Shown piece after piece: positions 21,353 through 30,805 of a stretch of 64,000 nucleotides of DNA. Numbering within the stretch: position 1 is the stretch's first letter; the number at the start of each line of letters is the position of its first letter. Both the position numbers and the translations under genes were made by a program. The DNA comes from Bacteroidota bacterium (GTDB lineage: Bacteria > Bacteroidota > Bacteroidia > Bacteroidales > JAAUTT01): the NCBI GenBank assembly GCA_030706405.1, contig JAUZOO010000004.1:246765-310764 (forward strand), read 5' to 3'. The notes under the pieces were generated by a model. The model was not told the origin of the DNA and did no database searches. It saw only the letters and a list, made by a program, of their open reading frames with translations.

Positions 21353-23344
21353 TTATTTCTTTTTATAATCTGTTCGTAATACTTTAAATTCCGTACGACG
21401 GTTAATCTGGTGCGCTACGTCCTGAAGCGCAGCATCAGGTAACGCCCCTATAAAAGCTTCGTTAAGCACATCTCCTTCTTTAAGAAAATTATGTTGTTCG
21501 GACAGTTTTTTATCCACTACTTTCGGCACGGTTTTCCCATAGCCTTTGGCCACCAAACGCTCAGCAGCAATTCCCTTTTCAACCAAGTAATTAACAACCG
21601 ATTGTGCACGCTTCTGCGAAAGCACCAGGTTGTCGGCTTCGTTACCGCGGGCGTCGGAATGCGACATCAGCTCAATGGTGATATTGGGATTATCGTTAAG
21701 CGTTTCAACCAACTTGTCGAGTGCCACCATCGATTCTGGGCGCAAATCCCATTTGGCAAAATCGTAAAAAATGTTTGGAAGTTCAATTGGTTTAGCAATA
21801 GACACCATGGCAATGGACACTTTAAAGTCGCGGCTTTTATCTATCCCCTTAGTCGTTTGGCGATCTTTACCATTAAGATAGCCGTCCTTCGATGCTATAA
21901 AAACATAATCCGTATTAGGTTTTAAATTTAGGTTCAGATTTCCATCCTTATCCGTTTTTAAATCGTATGTAAGTCCGTCGCTGCTGATGACTTTTACGTT
22001 AACATCAGCAAGGGGTTTATTGCTTTTTTCTTCAATAATTTTAGCAGAAGCGCTGAATTTAACGGGAGGAAGAAAGAATGCATAAATATCATCGTCGTTA
22101 CGCGGGGAACGGCTCGAAGATAAATAACCTTTCTCTTGCTCGTCCTGAAAAATAATTCCAAAATCGTCGGCATTTGAATTTATCGGATAGCCCATATTTT
22201 CAACTTTCCAAGAGTTATTGGGTTGAGGTGTTGCTTTAAAAATATCCAACCCGCCCATTCCGGTCATTCCGTTAGAAGAAAAATATAACGTTCCATCGGC
22301 ATGTACATAAGGGAACATCTCATCGCCGGAAGTATTTATCTGCGGACCAAGATTTACAGGTTTTCCCCAATCGTCGCCTTTGGAAGAGCGGGTAACTTTC
22401 CAAATATCTTTACCGCCTTTGCCTCCCGGCATATCGGATGTAAAATATAGGGTAAGTTCATCGGGTGAGATTGCAGGATGAGCCACAACAATGCTATCCT
22501 TAGCTATATCGATAGGCTTTTCACTAGTCCATTCCTCACCTTGCTGGGTAGCTTCCATAATTTGGCAGCCATATATGGTATTCTTCGCCCTTTTGCAACG
22601 GGTAAAGTACATAGTTTTAAAATCTTTCGAAAAGCAGGGAGAGCCCTCGTCAAACTCTGTATTTACCGTTCCTTTCACCAATACAGGTTTGCTCCATGTT
22701 CCCTTTTTATCAATCTTTGAAACATAAATATCGGCAGAAAGCTGGCCAGTTGCACCATGAATCGCCTTACCTGTAGAGCCTTCCCGCGAAGAGGTAAAAT
22801 AAACCACACTGTAATCAGCAGCTCCGTAAGCCGGACAATAATCCCTGCTTTTGGAGTTAAAAAACCTCATATTCTCTACGGTATACCCGTTTTGATTGCT
22901 CATCCAAGACTGAGCCTGTTCGCAGGAACGAATGCCTTCATCAGCACGGGCATCACCCGGGAATTTCGTTTTATACTTTTTAAAATTATCCTTAGCAGCT
23001 TCATACTTCAAATTCATTTTTTGAGCCTGAGCCAAAAAATATAAAGCCTTAGCCGTTGTATCCTTGCTGAGTGATTTAACATACCACAACTCGGCCTTCA
23101 CAGGCTCATTTACCAGCCGGTAACATTCTGCAATTTTAAACAATATTTCAGCCTTAGTTTTCCCCGACTTATCACTTTGTTGAGAAAGACTGCTATAGGA
23201 AGTTCTGTAAAGATCGGCTGCCGTATAATATTCACAGGCCTTAAAGGCATCCTCTGCTTTTATGAAATCGCGGGATTGCGCCAAAACAGTTTCTGTAAGT
23301 ACAAATAATGCACTAAAAGCGAGTACAATATTACAGATTTTCAT
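21353..23344 (-). CDS. OmpA-family outer-membrane/peptidoglycan-associated protein with TPR, PD40/WD40-like and CarboxypepD_reg-like regions
   Basis: 663 aa. Has the signal peptide MKICNIVLAFSALFVLTETVLAQ and a C-terminal OmpA_C motif (NIFYDFAKWDLR...LSQKRAQSVVNYL...NRRTEFKV). Confidence 0.85.
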   Translation of the reverse strand: MKICNIVLAFSALFVLTETVLAQSRDFIKAEDAFKACEYYTAADLYRTSYSSLSQQSDKSGKTKAEILFKIAECYRLVNEPVKAELWYVKSLSKDTTAKALYFLAQAQKMNLKYEAAKDNFKKYKTKFPGDARADEGIRSCEQAQSWMSNQNGYTVENMRFFNSKSRDYCPAYGAADYSVVYFTSSREGSTGKAIHGATGQLSADIYVSKIDKKGTWSKPVLVKGTVNTEFDEGSPCFSKDFKTMYFTRCKRAKNTIYGCQIMEATQQGEEWTSEKPIDIAKDSIVVAHPAISPDELTLYFTSDMPGGKGGKDIWKVTRSSKGDDWGKPVNLGPQINTSGDEMFPYVHADGTLYFSSNGMTGMGGLDIFKATPQPNNSWKVENMGYPINSNADDFGIIFQDEQEKGYLSSSRSPRNDDDIYAFFLPPVKFSASAKIIEEKSNKPLADVNVKVISSDGLTYDLKTDKDGNLNLNLKPNTDYVFIASKDGYLNGKDRQTTKGIDKSRDFKVSIAMVSIAKPIELPNIFYDFAKWDLRPESMVALDKLVETLNDNPNITIELMSHSDARGNEADNLVLSQKRAQSVVNYLVEKGIAAERLVAKGYGKTVPKVVDKKLSEQHNFLKEGDVLNEAFIGALPDAALQDVAHQINRRTEFKVLRTDYKKK

Positions 23345-23419
23345 GTATCAGAATTTGCGGGTTTATAGTATAAAGCGTAAAATTAATTATTTTATTTCAT
23401 TGTGTTACAAAAAAACAAA

Positions 23420-23445
23420 AAAGGGAAGGCTTGCACCTTCCCTTT
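23420..23445 (-). terminator. Terminator after glnA
   Basis: Stem aaagggaagg/ccttcccttt. On the minus strand it is followed by a long T-run. Confidence 0.75.
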
Positions 23446-23467
23446 GTATATAGAACAATTTAACTGA

Positions 23468-25657
23468 CTATCTGGTGAACAACAGTTCTCTGTATTTAGG
23501 CAGCGTCCACATTTCGTTATCAACGATAAGCTCAAGCTTGTCAATATGATAGCGAATTTCTTCGAAGAATGGAAACACTTTTTCAGAATAAGCGAGTGCT
23601 TTTTCGCGGCCATCAGGAAGTTTGTTAACAACCTTGCGAGCTTCAACCATTTCGTGAACTTTAGCTTTGATGGTAGAAATATGGTTACCCACTTTCTTTA
23701 TCAGCTCCAGACGGGCACAAGCCAATTCATTAAATTCTGCTTCTGAGAACAGTTCTTTAATACCTTGTACGTTCTTAATTAACGCTGTTTGGTAATCAAC
23801 AGCTACAGGAACGATATGATTTAAAGCGAGATCGCCAAGTACACGAGCTTCGATCTGAATCTTCTTGGTATAAGTTTCCCATTTAATTTCGGTACGGGCA
23901 TGAAGTTCTTTCTCGCTCAATACGCCGGTCTTCTTAAACAGGTTAATAGATTGTTCGCTGATGTAAGAATCGAACATTTTAACAGGGTTACGTTCAACAT
24001 CGAGACCACGTTTAGCGGCTTCAACCTGCCATTCTTCGCTATAACCATTACCGTCGAAACGAACATCTTTCGATTCGATGATGTATTTGCGCAATACCTG
24101 GAAGATAGCTTCGTCTTTCTTAACACCTTTAGCGATAATAGCATCAACTTCTACCTTAAATTCGAGCAACTGAGCAGCAAGCGCGGTATTCAGTGCACAC
24201 ATGGCAGCAGAACAGTTAGCTGAAGAACCTACGGCACGGAATTCAAAACGGTTACCGGTGAAAGCAAACGGAGACGTACGGTTACGGTCAGTGTTGTCAA
24301 GAAGAATTTCAGGAATGCGTCCGATGTCAAGTTTGATTTCGGTTTTCTCGTCCGGGGTCATCTTCTGGTCAGTAACCTTTTCTTCGATCTGATCAAGCAT
24401 CTTGGTCAGATAAGTTCCAAGAAATGCAGAGATGATGCAAGGAGGAGCTTCGTTAGCACCCAAACGGTGTGCATTGTTTGCCGAAGCAATAGAAGCCTTA
24501 AGCAAAGGAGCATTTTTATGAACAGCGACCAATGTATTTACAAGGAAAGTAAGGAACTGAAGGTTGCTTTTTGGATTTTTGCCAGGAGAAAGCAAGTTTA
24601 CACCTGTATCCGTACAAACTGACCAGTTGTTGTGTTTTCCAGAACCGTTTACTCCTCCAAAAGGTTTTTCGTGAAGCAGACATGCGAAGTTATGGCGACG
24701 AGCAATATTACGCATAAGAGTCATAACCAAAAGGTTGTGATCTACAGCAAGATTAGCTTCTTCGTAAACCGGAGCAAGTTCATATTGGTTAGGAGCAACC
24801 TCGTTATGGCGGGTTTTTACCGGAATACCTAATTTCCACGATTCGAATTCAAGTTCTTTCATGAATTCCTGAACACGGGGAGGAATAGCACCAAAATATT
24901 GATCTTCTAATTGTTGATTTTTTGAAGATTCGTGCCCCATCAGGGTACGTTCGGTAAGAACTAAGTCAGGACGGGCTTCATAAAGAGCTTCGTCAACCAA
25001 GAAGTATTCCTGTTCCCAACCAAGGTTAGCGGTTACTTTCTGAACATCTTTGTCGAAATAATGACAAACTTCAACAGCAGCTTTATCCAAAGCATTTAAA
25101 GCCTTTAATAAAGGAGTTTTGTAGTCGAGAACTTCGCCTGTATAAGATATGAAGATAGTCGGAATACAAAGTGTATCATCAAGGATAAATGCAGGAGATG
25201 AAGGATCCCATGCGGTATAACCACGAGCCTCAAAAGTTGCACGAATACCGCCACTTGGGAAGCTAGATGCATCTGGTTCCTGCTGAACCAATAATTTACC
25301 AGAGAAGCTTTCAATTACCGAACCATTTCCGGCAGGGTCTGCAAAAGCATCGTGTTTTTCGGCAGTACCACCTGTTAAAGGTTGGAACCAGTGTGTATAA
25401 TGGGTTGCGCCCAGTTCAATAGCCCACGATTTCATTCCTGCAGCTACCTGGTCGGCAATCTTACGGTCGATTCGTTGACCCTTATCAATAGCAGCTATAA
25501 CTGCCTGATAAGCTTCTTTTGACAGATATTTCTGCATTTTAGCCCTGTCAAAAACTAATTTTCCAAAATATTCGGAAGTTTTTTCCTTAGGAGCATCAGC
25601 AACAACAGGTTTCCTGCCAATTGCAGTCTCCAATGCTTTAAATCTTAATGTCGCCAT
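23468..25657 (-). CDS. glnA: Glutamine synthetase type III
   Basis: The 729-aa length and overall sequence pattern (..HYTHWFQPLTG.., ..NGSGKHNNWS..) are characteristic of GSIII/GlnN in Bacteroidota. Confidence 0.9.
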   Translation of the reverse strand: MATLRFKALETAIGRKPVVADAPKEKTSEYFGKLVFDRAKMQKYLSKEAYQAVIAAIDKGQRIDRKIADQVAAGMKSWAIELGATHYTHWFQPLTGGTAEKHDAFADPAGNGSVIESFSGKLLVQQEPDASSFPSGGIRATFEARGYTAWDPSSPAFILDDTLCIPTIFISYTGEVLDYKTPLLKALNALDKAAVEVCHYFDKDVQKVTANLGWEQEYFLVDEALYEARPDLVLTERTLMGHESSKNQQLEDQYFGAIPPRVQEFMKELEFESWKLGIPVKTRHNEVAPNQYELAPVYEEANLAVDHNLLVMTLMRNIARRHNFACLLHEKPFGGVNGSGKHNNWSVCTDTGVNLLSPGKNPKSNLQFLTFLVNTLVAVHKNAPLLKASIASANNAHRLGANEAPPCIISAFLGTYLTKMLDQIEEKVTDQKMTPDEKTEIKLDIGRIPEILLDNTDRNRTSPFAFTGNRFEFRAVGSSANCSAAMCALNTALAAQLLEFKVEVDAIIAKGVKKDEAIFQVLRKYIIESKDVRFDGNGYSEEWQVEAAKRGLDVERNPVKMFDSYISEQSINLFKKTGVLSEKELHARTEIKWETYTKKIQIEARVLGDLALNHIVPVAVDYQTALIKNVQGIKELFSEAEFNELACARLELIKKVGNHISTIKAKVHEMVEARKVVNKLPDGREKALAYSEKVFPFFEEIRYHIDKLELIVDNEMWTLPKYRELLFTR

Positions 25658-25694
25658 ATTATTTTACGTTAATTGTGATTTTTATTTGCCGTTA

Positions 25695-25702
25695 CAAAAA
25701 TA
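25695..25702 (-). promoter_or_regulatory. Candidate Bacteroidota -7 box for glnA
   Basis: Minus-strand TATTTTTG matches TAnnTTTG, 37 nt upstream of the glnA ATG. Confidence 0.3.
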
Positions 25703-26028
25703 TTCAATTTCACAAATTAACCCCCATATTTCTATGTTTTTTTAATGAAAATTAACATTTATTTTACAGTTACCCTCTTTTTTGAGGAACAATGATTTAA
25801 TATTTATATTTTCAATATTAATAAACAACAGATTCTACGGGAGTTTCGTCTTTTTTAGAATGAACCGATAAATTTACAACATTTCGTAATGCAACAGCAA
25901 AAAACAACAATAAAGTTCCCTTAAAAAATAAAAAATAGCGCAAAAGCCCTAAAAAAAAGACTCTATTTTAGATTTATCGCAAAAAATCATTTTCCATAAC
26001 GCTTTCTCCAACCAGAGCGGTCTTACTA

Positions 26029-26613
26029 TTACTTACTGTAATTTCGGAAATGAGCCACCTCTTTCGATGCAAGCTTCACCTTCTCATACCAAGCTTCGCC
26101 ATATTTTCGCACCAACGGTTCGCGTAAAAACACATACAAAGGGACGTTTGTCTTTTTTCCACAAGTCAAAGCAGGAGAACAGATATCCCACTCATGATAA
26201 TTCAACGCTTCGAAATCGGCATATTTTGTAATCCGAATGGGATACAGATGGCACGAGACAGGTTTCTGAAAAGTAATTACGCCTGCCTCAAAAGCTTTCT
26301 CAATAGCGCATTTGGTAACTCCATTTTCAAAAACAACATAAACACATTCTTCTCCATTTACCAAAGGAGTAACTTTATCGCCATCGCTATCGATTACCGA
26401 CGTTCCTTGAACCTCAACGGCTTCAACCCCTTCTATTCTCATAAACAGCTTAACTTCCGGGAAAATACGATCAAGCGCATCAACTTCTTCATCATCGAGC
26501 GGAGCTCCGGAATCCCCATGCACGCAACAAGCACCTTTGCACTTATCCAAGTCGCACACAAATTTCTTTTCAAAAATATCGAAACTTAATATGGTATTAT
26601 CAATCTGTAGCAT
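26029..26613 (-). CDS. DUF3109 family Cys-rich protein
   Basis: 194 aa. Has the N-terminal motif CDLDKCKGACCVHGDSGAPL, conserved later Cys residues (VSCHLYPIR), and the typical DUF3109 layout. Confidence 0.7.
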   Translation of the reverse strand: MLQIDNTILSFDIFEKKFVCDLDKCKGACCVHGDSGAPLDDEEVDALDRIFPEVKLFMRIEGVEAVEVQGTSVIDSDGDKVTPLVNGEECVYVVFENGVTKCAIEKAFEAGVITFQKPVSCHLYPIRITKYADFEALNYHEWDICSPALTCGKKTNVPLYVFLREPLVRKYGEAWYEKVKLASKEVAHFRNYSK

Positions 26614-26722
26614 GGCTTAACCTCACAATAAATTGCCGCGAAGATAGCCTTTTGAAATAAAATTACCCAATTAACCTGTTTAGCCAACCTATTTTACATG
26701 AATAAAGCCGGAATTTCCGGCT

Positions 26723-27226
26723 TTATTCATAATCTTTAAGTGTATCCATTAATTTTTTTCTCGTAAAAAATATTCGGCTTTTCACCGTACCAAGTTTAAG
26801 ATCAAGCTTCTGAGCAATCTCCTTATACTTATACCCTTCGGTATGCATCTTAAAAGGGACTTTAAAATCGTCGCTCAGACCGTCAATTACTTTATTAATT
26901 TCCTGTGCAGAATAGGCCGAATCGGGCGCAACATTCACATTGTCGCTATTCTGACTAAGAAAATATAAATCTTTAGTATTATCAAAAGCCGTATTTTGAC
27001 GGACATTCCTACGATAATTATTAATAAAGGTATTTTTCATAATCGTATACGTCCATGCCTTCAAATTTGTGTATTGAACAAATTGTTCTCTGTAAACAAG
27101 AGCTTTATACATAGTCTCTTGAAGTAAATCCTTGGCATCTTCCCTGTTGGACGTCAAACTCAGGGCAAAACGGGCTAGCTTATCTTCGAGACTTATGAGC
27201 TGATGGTTAAATTCAATTGCTGTCAT
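26723..27226 (-). CDS. ECF-type RNA polymerase sigma-70 factor
   Basis: 167 aa. Region 2 is DAKDLLQETMYKALVYREQF....LKAWTYTIMKNTFINNYRR. Region 4 is an HTH, YKEIAQKLDLKLGTVKSRIFFTRKKL. Confidence 0.85.
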   Translation of the reverse strand: MTAIEFNHQLISLEDKLARFALSLTSNREDAKDLLQETMYKALVYREQFVQYTNLKAWTYTIMKNTFINNYRRNVRQNTAFDNTKDLYFLSQNSDNVNVAPDSAYSAQEINKVIDGLSDDFKVPFKMHTEGYKYKEIAQKLDLKLGTVKSRIFFTRKKLMDTLKDYE

Positions 27227-27573
27227 AGTCGTCTGTTTTAACGTTATTTTTATTTAAAACAAATCTAAATAAAAATAAGAAATTTGCAAAATTTTTAGTC
27301 AAATTTTTATTTTTATTTATACTAATTTTAAATAACATCCATATACAAATAATTGCATATGAAGTATTTAAATTAAACTTAAAATATTACTACTAATATC
27401 TAGGGCAATTATCGGATCTTAAGATGCATCGTAATAAACACGTGTTAAAGCAGAGTGAATATTCCTAAATGACTGAATATAACCGACAATATCAACGCGC
27501 TTCAATTATAAAAATTTAATTATCAGGAAAAGCTGAAACGGAAAAGCGCAAAACGAAGGTTTGTTAAAAAACA

Positions 27574-27608
27574 AAAAAGCCGTCAAACGGAATGCTTGAC
27601 GGCTTTTT
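27574..27608 (-). terminator. Terminator after the MerR/B12 regulator gene
   Basis: Stem aaaaagccgtcaa/ttgacggcttttt with a 9-nt loop. A U-tract follows on the minus strand. Confidence 0.8.
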
Positions 27609-27624
27609 GGGATAAATTTGATTG

Positions 27625-28503
27625 CTATTTAAGCTTTGCAAGCAATTCTTTAAAATGATCCGGTGATTTAACCTTAATGATGTTGGTAACCCGTTTAATT
27701 TCGAGTTTCAAAACCACATCTCCAAATACAAATATTTTTTGCTTTTTAAAGGTCTTGGACAATTGAACGATGTAATCACTGATCGAGATGTCTTGCAGTG
27801 TGGTTACAAACGAAGTAAATAAGTATTCGGCATTATGGGCATTCTGGATCTGAACCAAATCGCCAAATGGCACTGATTGTCCAAGATAAACCGGTGCAAA
27901 GCCATACTTTCTGAGCAAATAAGTATAGTAAAGCAACCCGATTTCATGATATTCGCCTTCGGGTAAAAATAATACAACCTTTGGTCCGGTTGAAGTCGTC
28001 CCAAGTGCATCGATTGCAGCAAACAACCTACGACGGATAATATTAGAGACAAAATGCTCCTGAGCTGAATTAACCCTTCCGGTTTGCCAAAGTACTCCAA
28101 TCTTACCGAGGAATGGATAAACGACCTTGGTAATAGCTTCGTCAAAGCCAAGCTGATCTACCAAACCATCCAAAACTGATACAAATTTGGATTCGTTTAG
28201 TTCTACCATAGATACAATTAATCCTTCAATCTGGCTATCAGAATTTGAAATATCATTCGACAGCTGTAGTATCCGATCTTTCATTTCCTCATCGTTAAGC
28301 ATAGCGATTTTGGAAATCTTCAATCCATTGTGATTCAATAGCGAGACGTTCAATAATCGTTTTAAATCCTCGTCGGAATAAACACGAATATTAGTAACAG
28401 TCCGCTGAGGGGTAACCAACCGGTATCTTTTTTCCCAAATTCGGATGGTGTGAGCTTGTATCCCCGACAATTTCTCCAAGTCCTTAATAGAATATTGTGC
28501 CAT
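27625..28503 (-). CDS. MerR-family regulator with a cobalamin-binding domain (CarH/LitR-like)
   Basis: 292 aa. Has the MerR HTH YSIKDLEKLSGIQAHTIRIWEKRY, a W-x9-EH motif (WQTGRVNSAQEH), and a B12-binding ExHxxG motif (PEGEYHEIGLL) in a Rossmann-like C-terminus. Confidence 0.75.
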   Translation of the reverse strand: MAQYSIKDLEKLSGIQAHTIRIWEKRYRLVTPQRTVTNIRVYSDEDLKRLLNVSLLNHNGLKISKIAMLNDEEMKDRILQLSNDISNSDSQIEGLIVSMVELNESKFVSVLDGLVDQLGFDEAITKVVYPFLGKIGVLWQTGRVNSAQEHFVSNIIRRRLFAAIDALGTTSTGPKVVLFLPEGEYHEIGLLYYTYLLRKYGFAPVYLGQSVPFGDLVQIQNAHNAEYLFTSFVTTLQDISISDYIVQLSKTFKKQKIFVFGDVVLKLEIKRVTNIIKVKSPDHFKELLAKLK

Positions 28504-28617
28504 GGGTTTTGTTTAAAATTGTTAAATTGTTAAATACTAATTTTCGACCGATGTTCATTTTAGCACTGTATTTATTTGGAAATATACTAAATAAATTTCA
28601 AACATGCAATAGTATGT

Positions 28618-29259
28618 TCATTTTTTTCTAAGCATCATTAAACCGTCGCGTATAGGCAAAATCACCTTTTCGACCCTATTATCGGAGCTTATCCAATCAT
28701 TAAATTTTTTTATTCCTTTGGTCGAATAATCATTTGAATTTTCCTGTTCAAGTACTTTTCCGTTCCAAAGAACATTGTCGGCAAAGATAAAACCTCCAGG
28801 ACGCACCTTGTCGAAAACAACAGTATAATAGTCGAGATACTGACTTTTATCGCCATCGATAAAAACAAGGTCAAAAAACTCCTCGAACGCAGGTACTATA
28901 TCGCAAGCGTCGCCCACGTGAAGGGTAATCTTTTGTTTAAGGCCGGCCCTTTCGAAAAACTGTAAGGGTATATCAATAAGCTCGTCGTTTATTTCGATGG
29001 TATGAAGGTGTCCGTCTTTTGGCATTCCTTGCGCAAGACAAATCGCTGAATAGCCTGCAAAAGTACCAATTTCAAGAATTCGTCGCGGACGAAGCATGTA
29101 ACTTAGCATTCGTAATATCTGACCTTGCAAATGACCGGATACCATGCGAGGATGTATAAGCTTAAGGTGTGCTACCCGGTTAAGTTCATATAAAATTTTA
29201 TCTTCAGGGTCAATATGTTCAAGGATGTATTGTTCTAAATCTTTGTCAAGTTCTGTCAT
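28618..29259 (-). CDS. Class I SAM-dependent O-methyltransferase (family 3, caffeoyl-CoA OMT-like)
   Basis: 213 aa. Has the motif ILEIGTFAGYSAICLA (SAM-binding GxGxG-like) and ..FIDGDK..Y. Confidence 0.8.
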   Translation of the reverse strand: MTELDKDLEQYILEHIDPEDKILYELNRVAHLKLIHPRMVSGHLQGQILRMLSYMLRPRRILEIGTFAGYSAICLAQGMPKDGHLHTIEINDELIDIPLQFFERAGLKQKITLHVGDACDIVPAFEEFFDLVFIDGDKSQYLDYYTVVFDKVRPGGFIFADNVLWNGKVLEQENSNDYSTKGIKKFNDWISSDNRVEKVILPIRDGLMMLRKK

Positions 29260-29265
29260 TGGTAT

Positions 29266-30486
29266 TTATTTGTATATAAGCGTCGACATCTGGTCTTTGT
29301 TGAGTATTTCGTTGGCTATTTGCATCAATTCCGATGCCGTAACCACCTCTATTTTAGCAAAAATTTCTTCAAGGCTGTCAACCCTGTCGTAAACCAGGTA
29401 GCTTTTCCCGATGGAAAGCATTTGATTTTCATTACTTTCAAATGATATTGCAAGTTGTCCCATAATTTGTTGGCGGGCTTTTTTCAACTGCATGGTCCCA
29501 AGCGGCTTATTTCGCAGATTATCGAATTCTTTTTCGATTATCTCCATACATTTTTCGAGATACTCTTTGTCGCTACTGAAATAAACGGAGAAGAGCCCGG
29601 TGTCGGAATACGGATTGTAGGAAGATTCTACATTATAGGAATAACCTCTACGCTCGCGAAGGGCAAGATTTAAGCGTGAAACCATGCCAGGGCCGCCTAT
29701 AATATTAGAAAGCAGATGTACTCCCATTCGGCGTGGATCATTAAGGCTATAGCCCAAATTTCCGATTATCGCATGCACCTGATGGGTATGCTTTTTTAAT
29801 GCAAGGTTGAAGGGTTGATAGGAGTTAAAGAGAACACGCTCGCTTTCGCGAATGTTGACGGGCACACTGCCAAAATATTTCTCAAATAAATACACCAGTT
29901 TATTAAAAGGAATATTTCCAACAGAAGCAAACACCATCTGGTCGGTGTTATATTTCCGACGGATAAACGAAAGAATATCGCTTTGTTTTATTTTTTTAAG
30001 CTGCCGGGCTGTTCCCAAAATATTACGACCTAACGGATGATTTTGAAAAAAATGTTCTTCATAATCGTCGAAAATAAATTCCGAAGGACTGTCTTTGTAT
30101 GAATTTATTTCGTCGAGGATAACAGCTCGCTCGCTATCCATCGCCTTTTCGGGAAACGTGGAGTTAAAAACAATGTCGCTAAACAATTCAACAGTCCGTG
30201 GGTAATAGTCTTTCAGAAATGAAGCTTGAATACAAGTATCTTCTTTGGAAGTATAGGCATTAAGTTCTCCGCCAACATCCTCCAAGCGGGACAATACATG
30301 GAAGGCTTTTCGTTTTTGTGTTCCTTTAAAAAATAGATGTTCAATGAAATGAGCCATTCCACATTCATTTTTATCCTCATCGCGCGAGCCAATGTTGATA
30401 AAAAAACCGCAATGCGCAACAGGAGATTCGGCCTGTACATGAATTAGCTTTATTCCATTAGATAAGACGTGTGTTTTAAAATCCAT
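29266..30486 (-). CDS. M16-family (pitrilysin/insulinase-like) zinc peptidase
   Basis: Start taken at the ATG at 30486 (MDFKTHVLSNGIKL). Has the inverted zinc motif HxxEH in GMAHFIEHLFFKGT. Confidence 0.85.
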   Translation of the reverse strand: MDFKTHVLSNGIKLIHVQAESPVAHCGFFINIGSRDEDKNECGMAHFIEHLFFKGTQKRKAFHVLSRLEDVGGELNAYTSKEDTCIQASFLKDYYPRTVELFSDIVFNSTFPEKAMDSERAVILDEINSYKDSPSEFIFDDYEEHFFQNHPLGRNILGTARQLKKIKQSDILSFIRRKYNTDQMVFASVGNIPFNKLVYLFEKYFGSVPVNIRESERVLFNSYQPFNLALKKHTHQVHAIIGNLGYSLNDPRRMGVHLLSNIIGGPGMVSRLNLALRERRGYSYNVESSYNPYSDTGLFSVYFSSDKEYLEKCMEIIEKEFDNLRNKPLGTMQLKKARQQIMGQLAISFESNENQMLSIGKSYLVYDRVDSLEEIFAKIEVVTASELMQIANEILNKDQMSTLIYK

Positions 30487-30580
30487 GCTTAACAAAGTGA
30501 GCCACAAAGGTAACAAAGAAATGGAAAGAGGAAGAAGAAGAAAAAAATGAAACTTTTTTCAATTTTTTCTACAGGACTTC

Positions 30581-30610
30581 TTGCAGGTTTAAAAACTTTA
30601 TCTACCTTTG
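30581..30610 (+). promoter_or_regulatory. Bacteroidota sigma-A-type promoter of tRNA-Phe (TTG ... TAnnTTTG)
   Basis: TTG at 30581-30583 and TACCTTTG at 30603-30610, about 19 nt apart. The tRNA 5' end lies 18 nt downstream of the -7 box. Confidence 0.55.
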
Positions 30611-30627
30611 CACACGCAATTGAGAAC

Positions 30628-30700
<73 letters not shown>

Positions 30701-30704
30701 CTCG

Positions 30705-30738
30705 AAACCCCGCAAACATCAAGTTTAGCGGGGTTTTT
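30705..30738 (+). terminator. Terminator after tRNA-Phe
   Basis: Stem aaaccccgc/gcggggttt, followed by TTTTT. Confidence 0.7.
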
Positions 30739-30805
30739 GCTTTATAGCCTAACAAAAATGCCAGGAATTTATCCTGGCATTTTTGTTGTAAATACATTTT
30801 AGTAT

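Noticed and set aside
25658-26028. glnA leader: sigma-54 (-24/-12) promoter or glutamine riboswitch
   Set aside because: No TGGCAC-N5-TTGC sequence and no recognisable structured motif were seen by eye. Only a sigma-A-type TATTTTTG box is present. The region is simply AT-rich.
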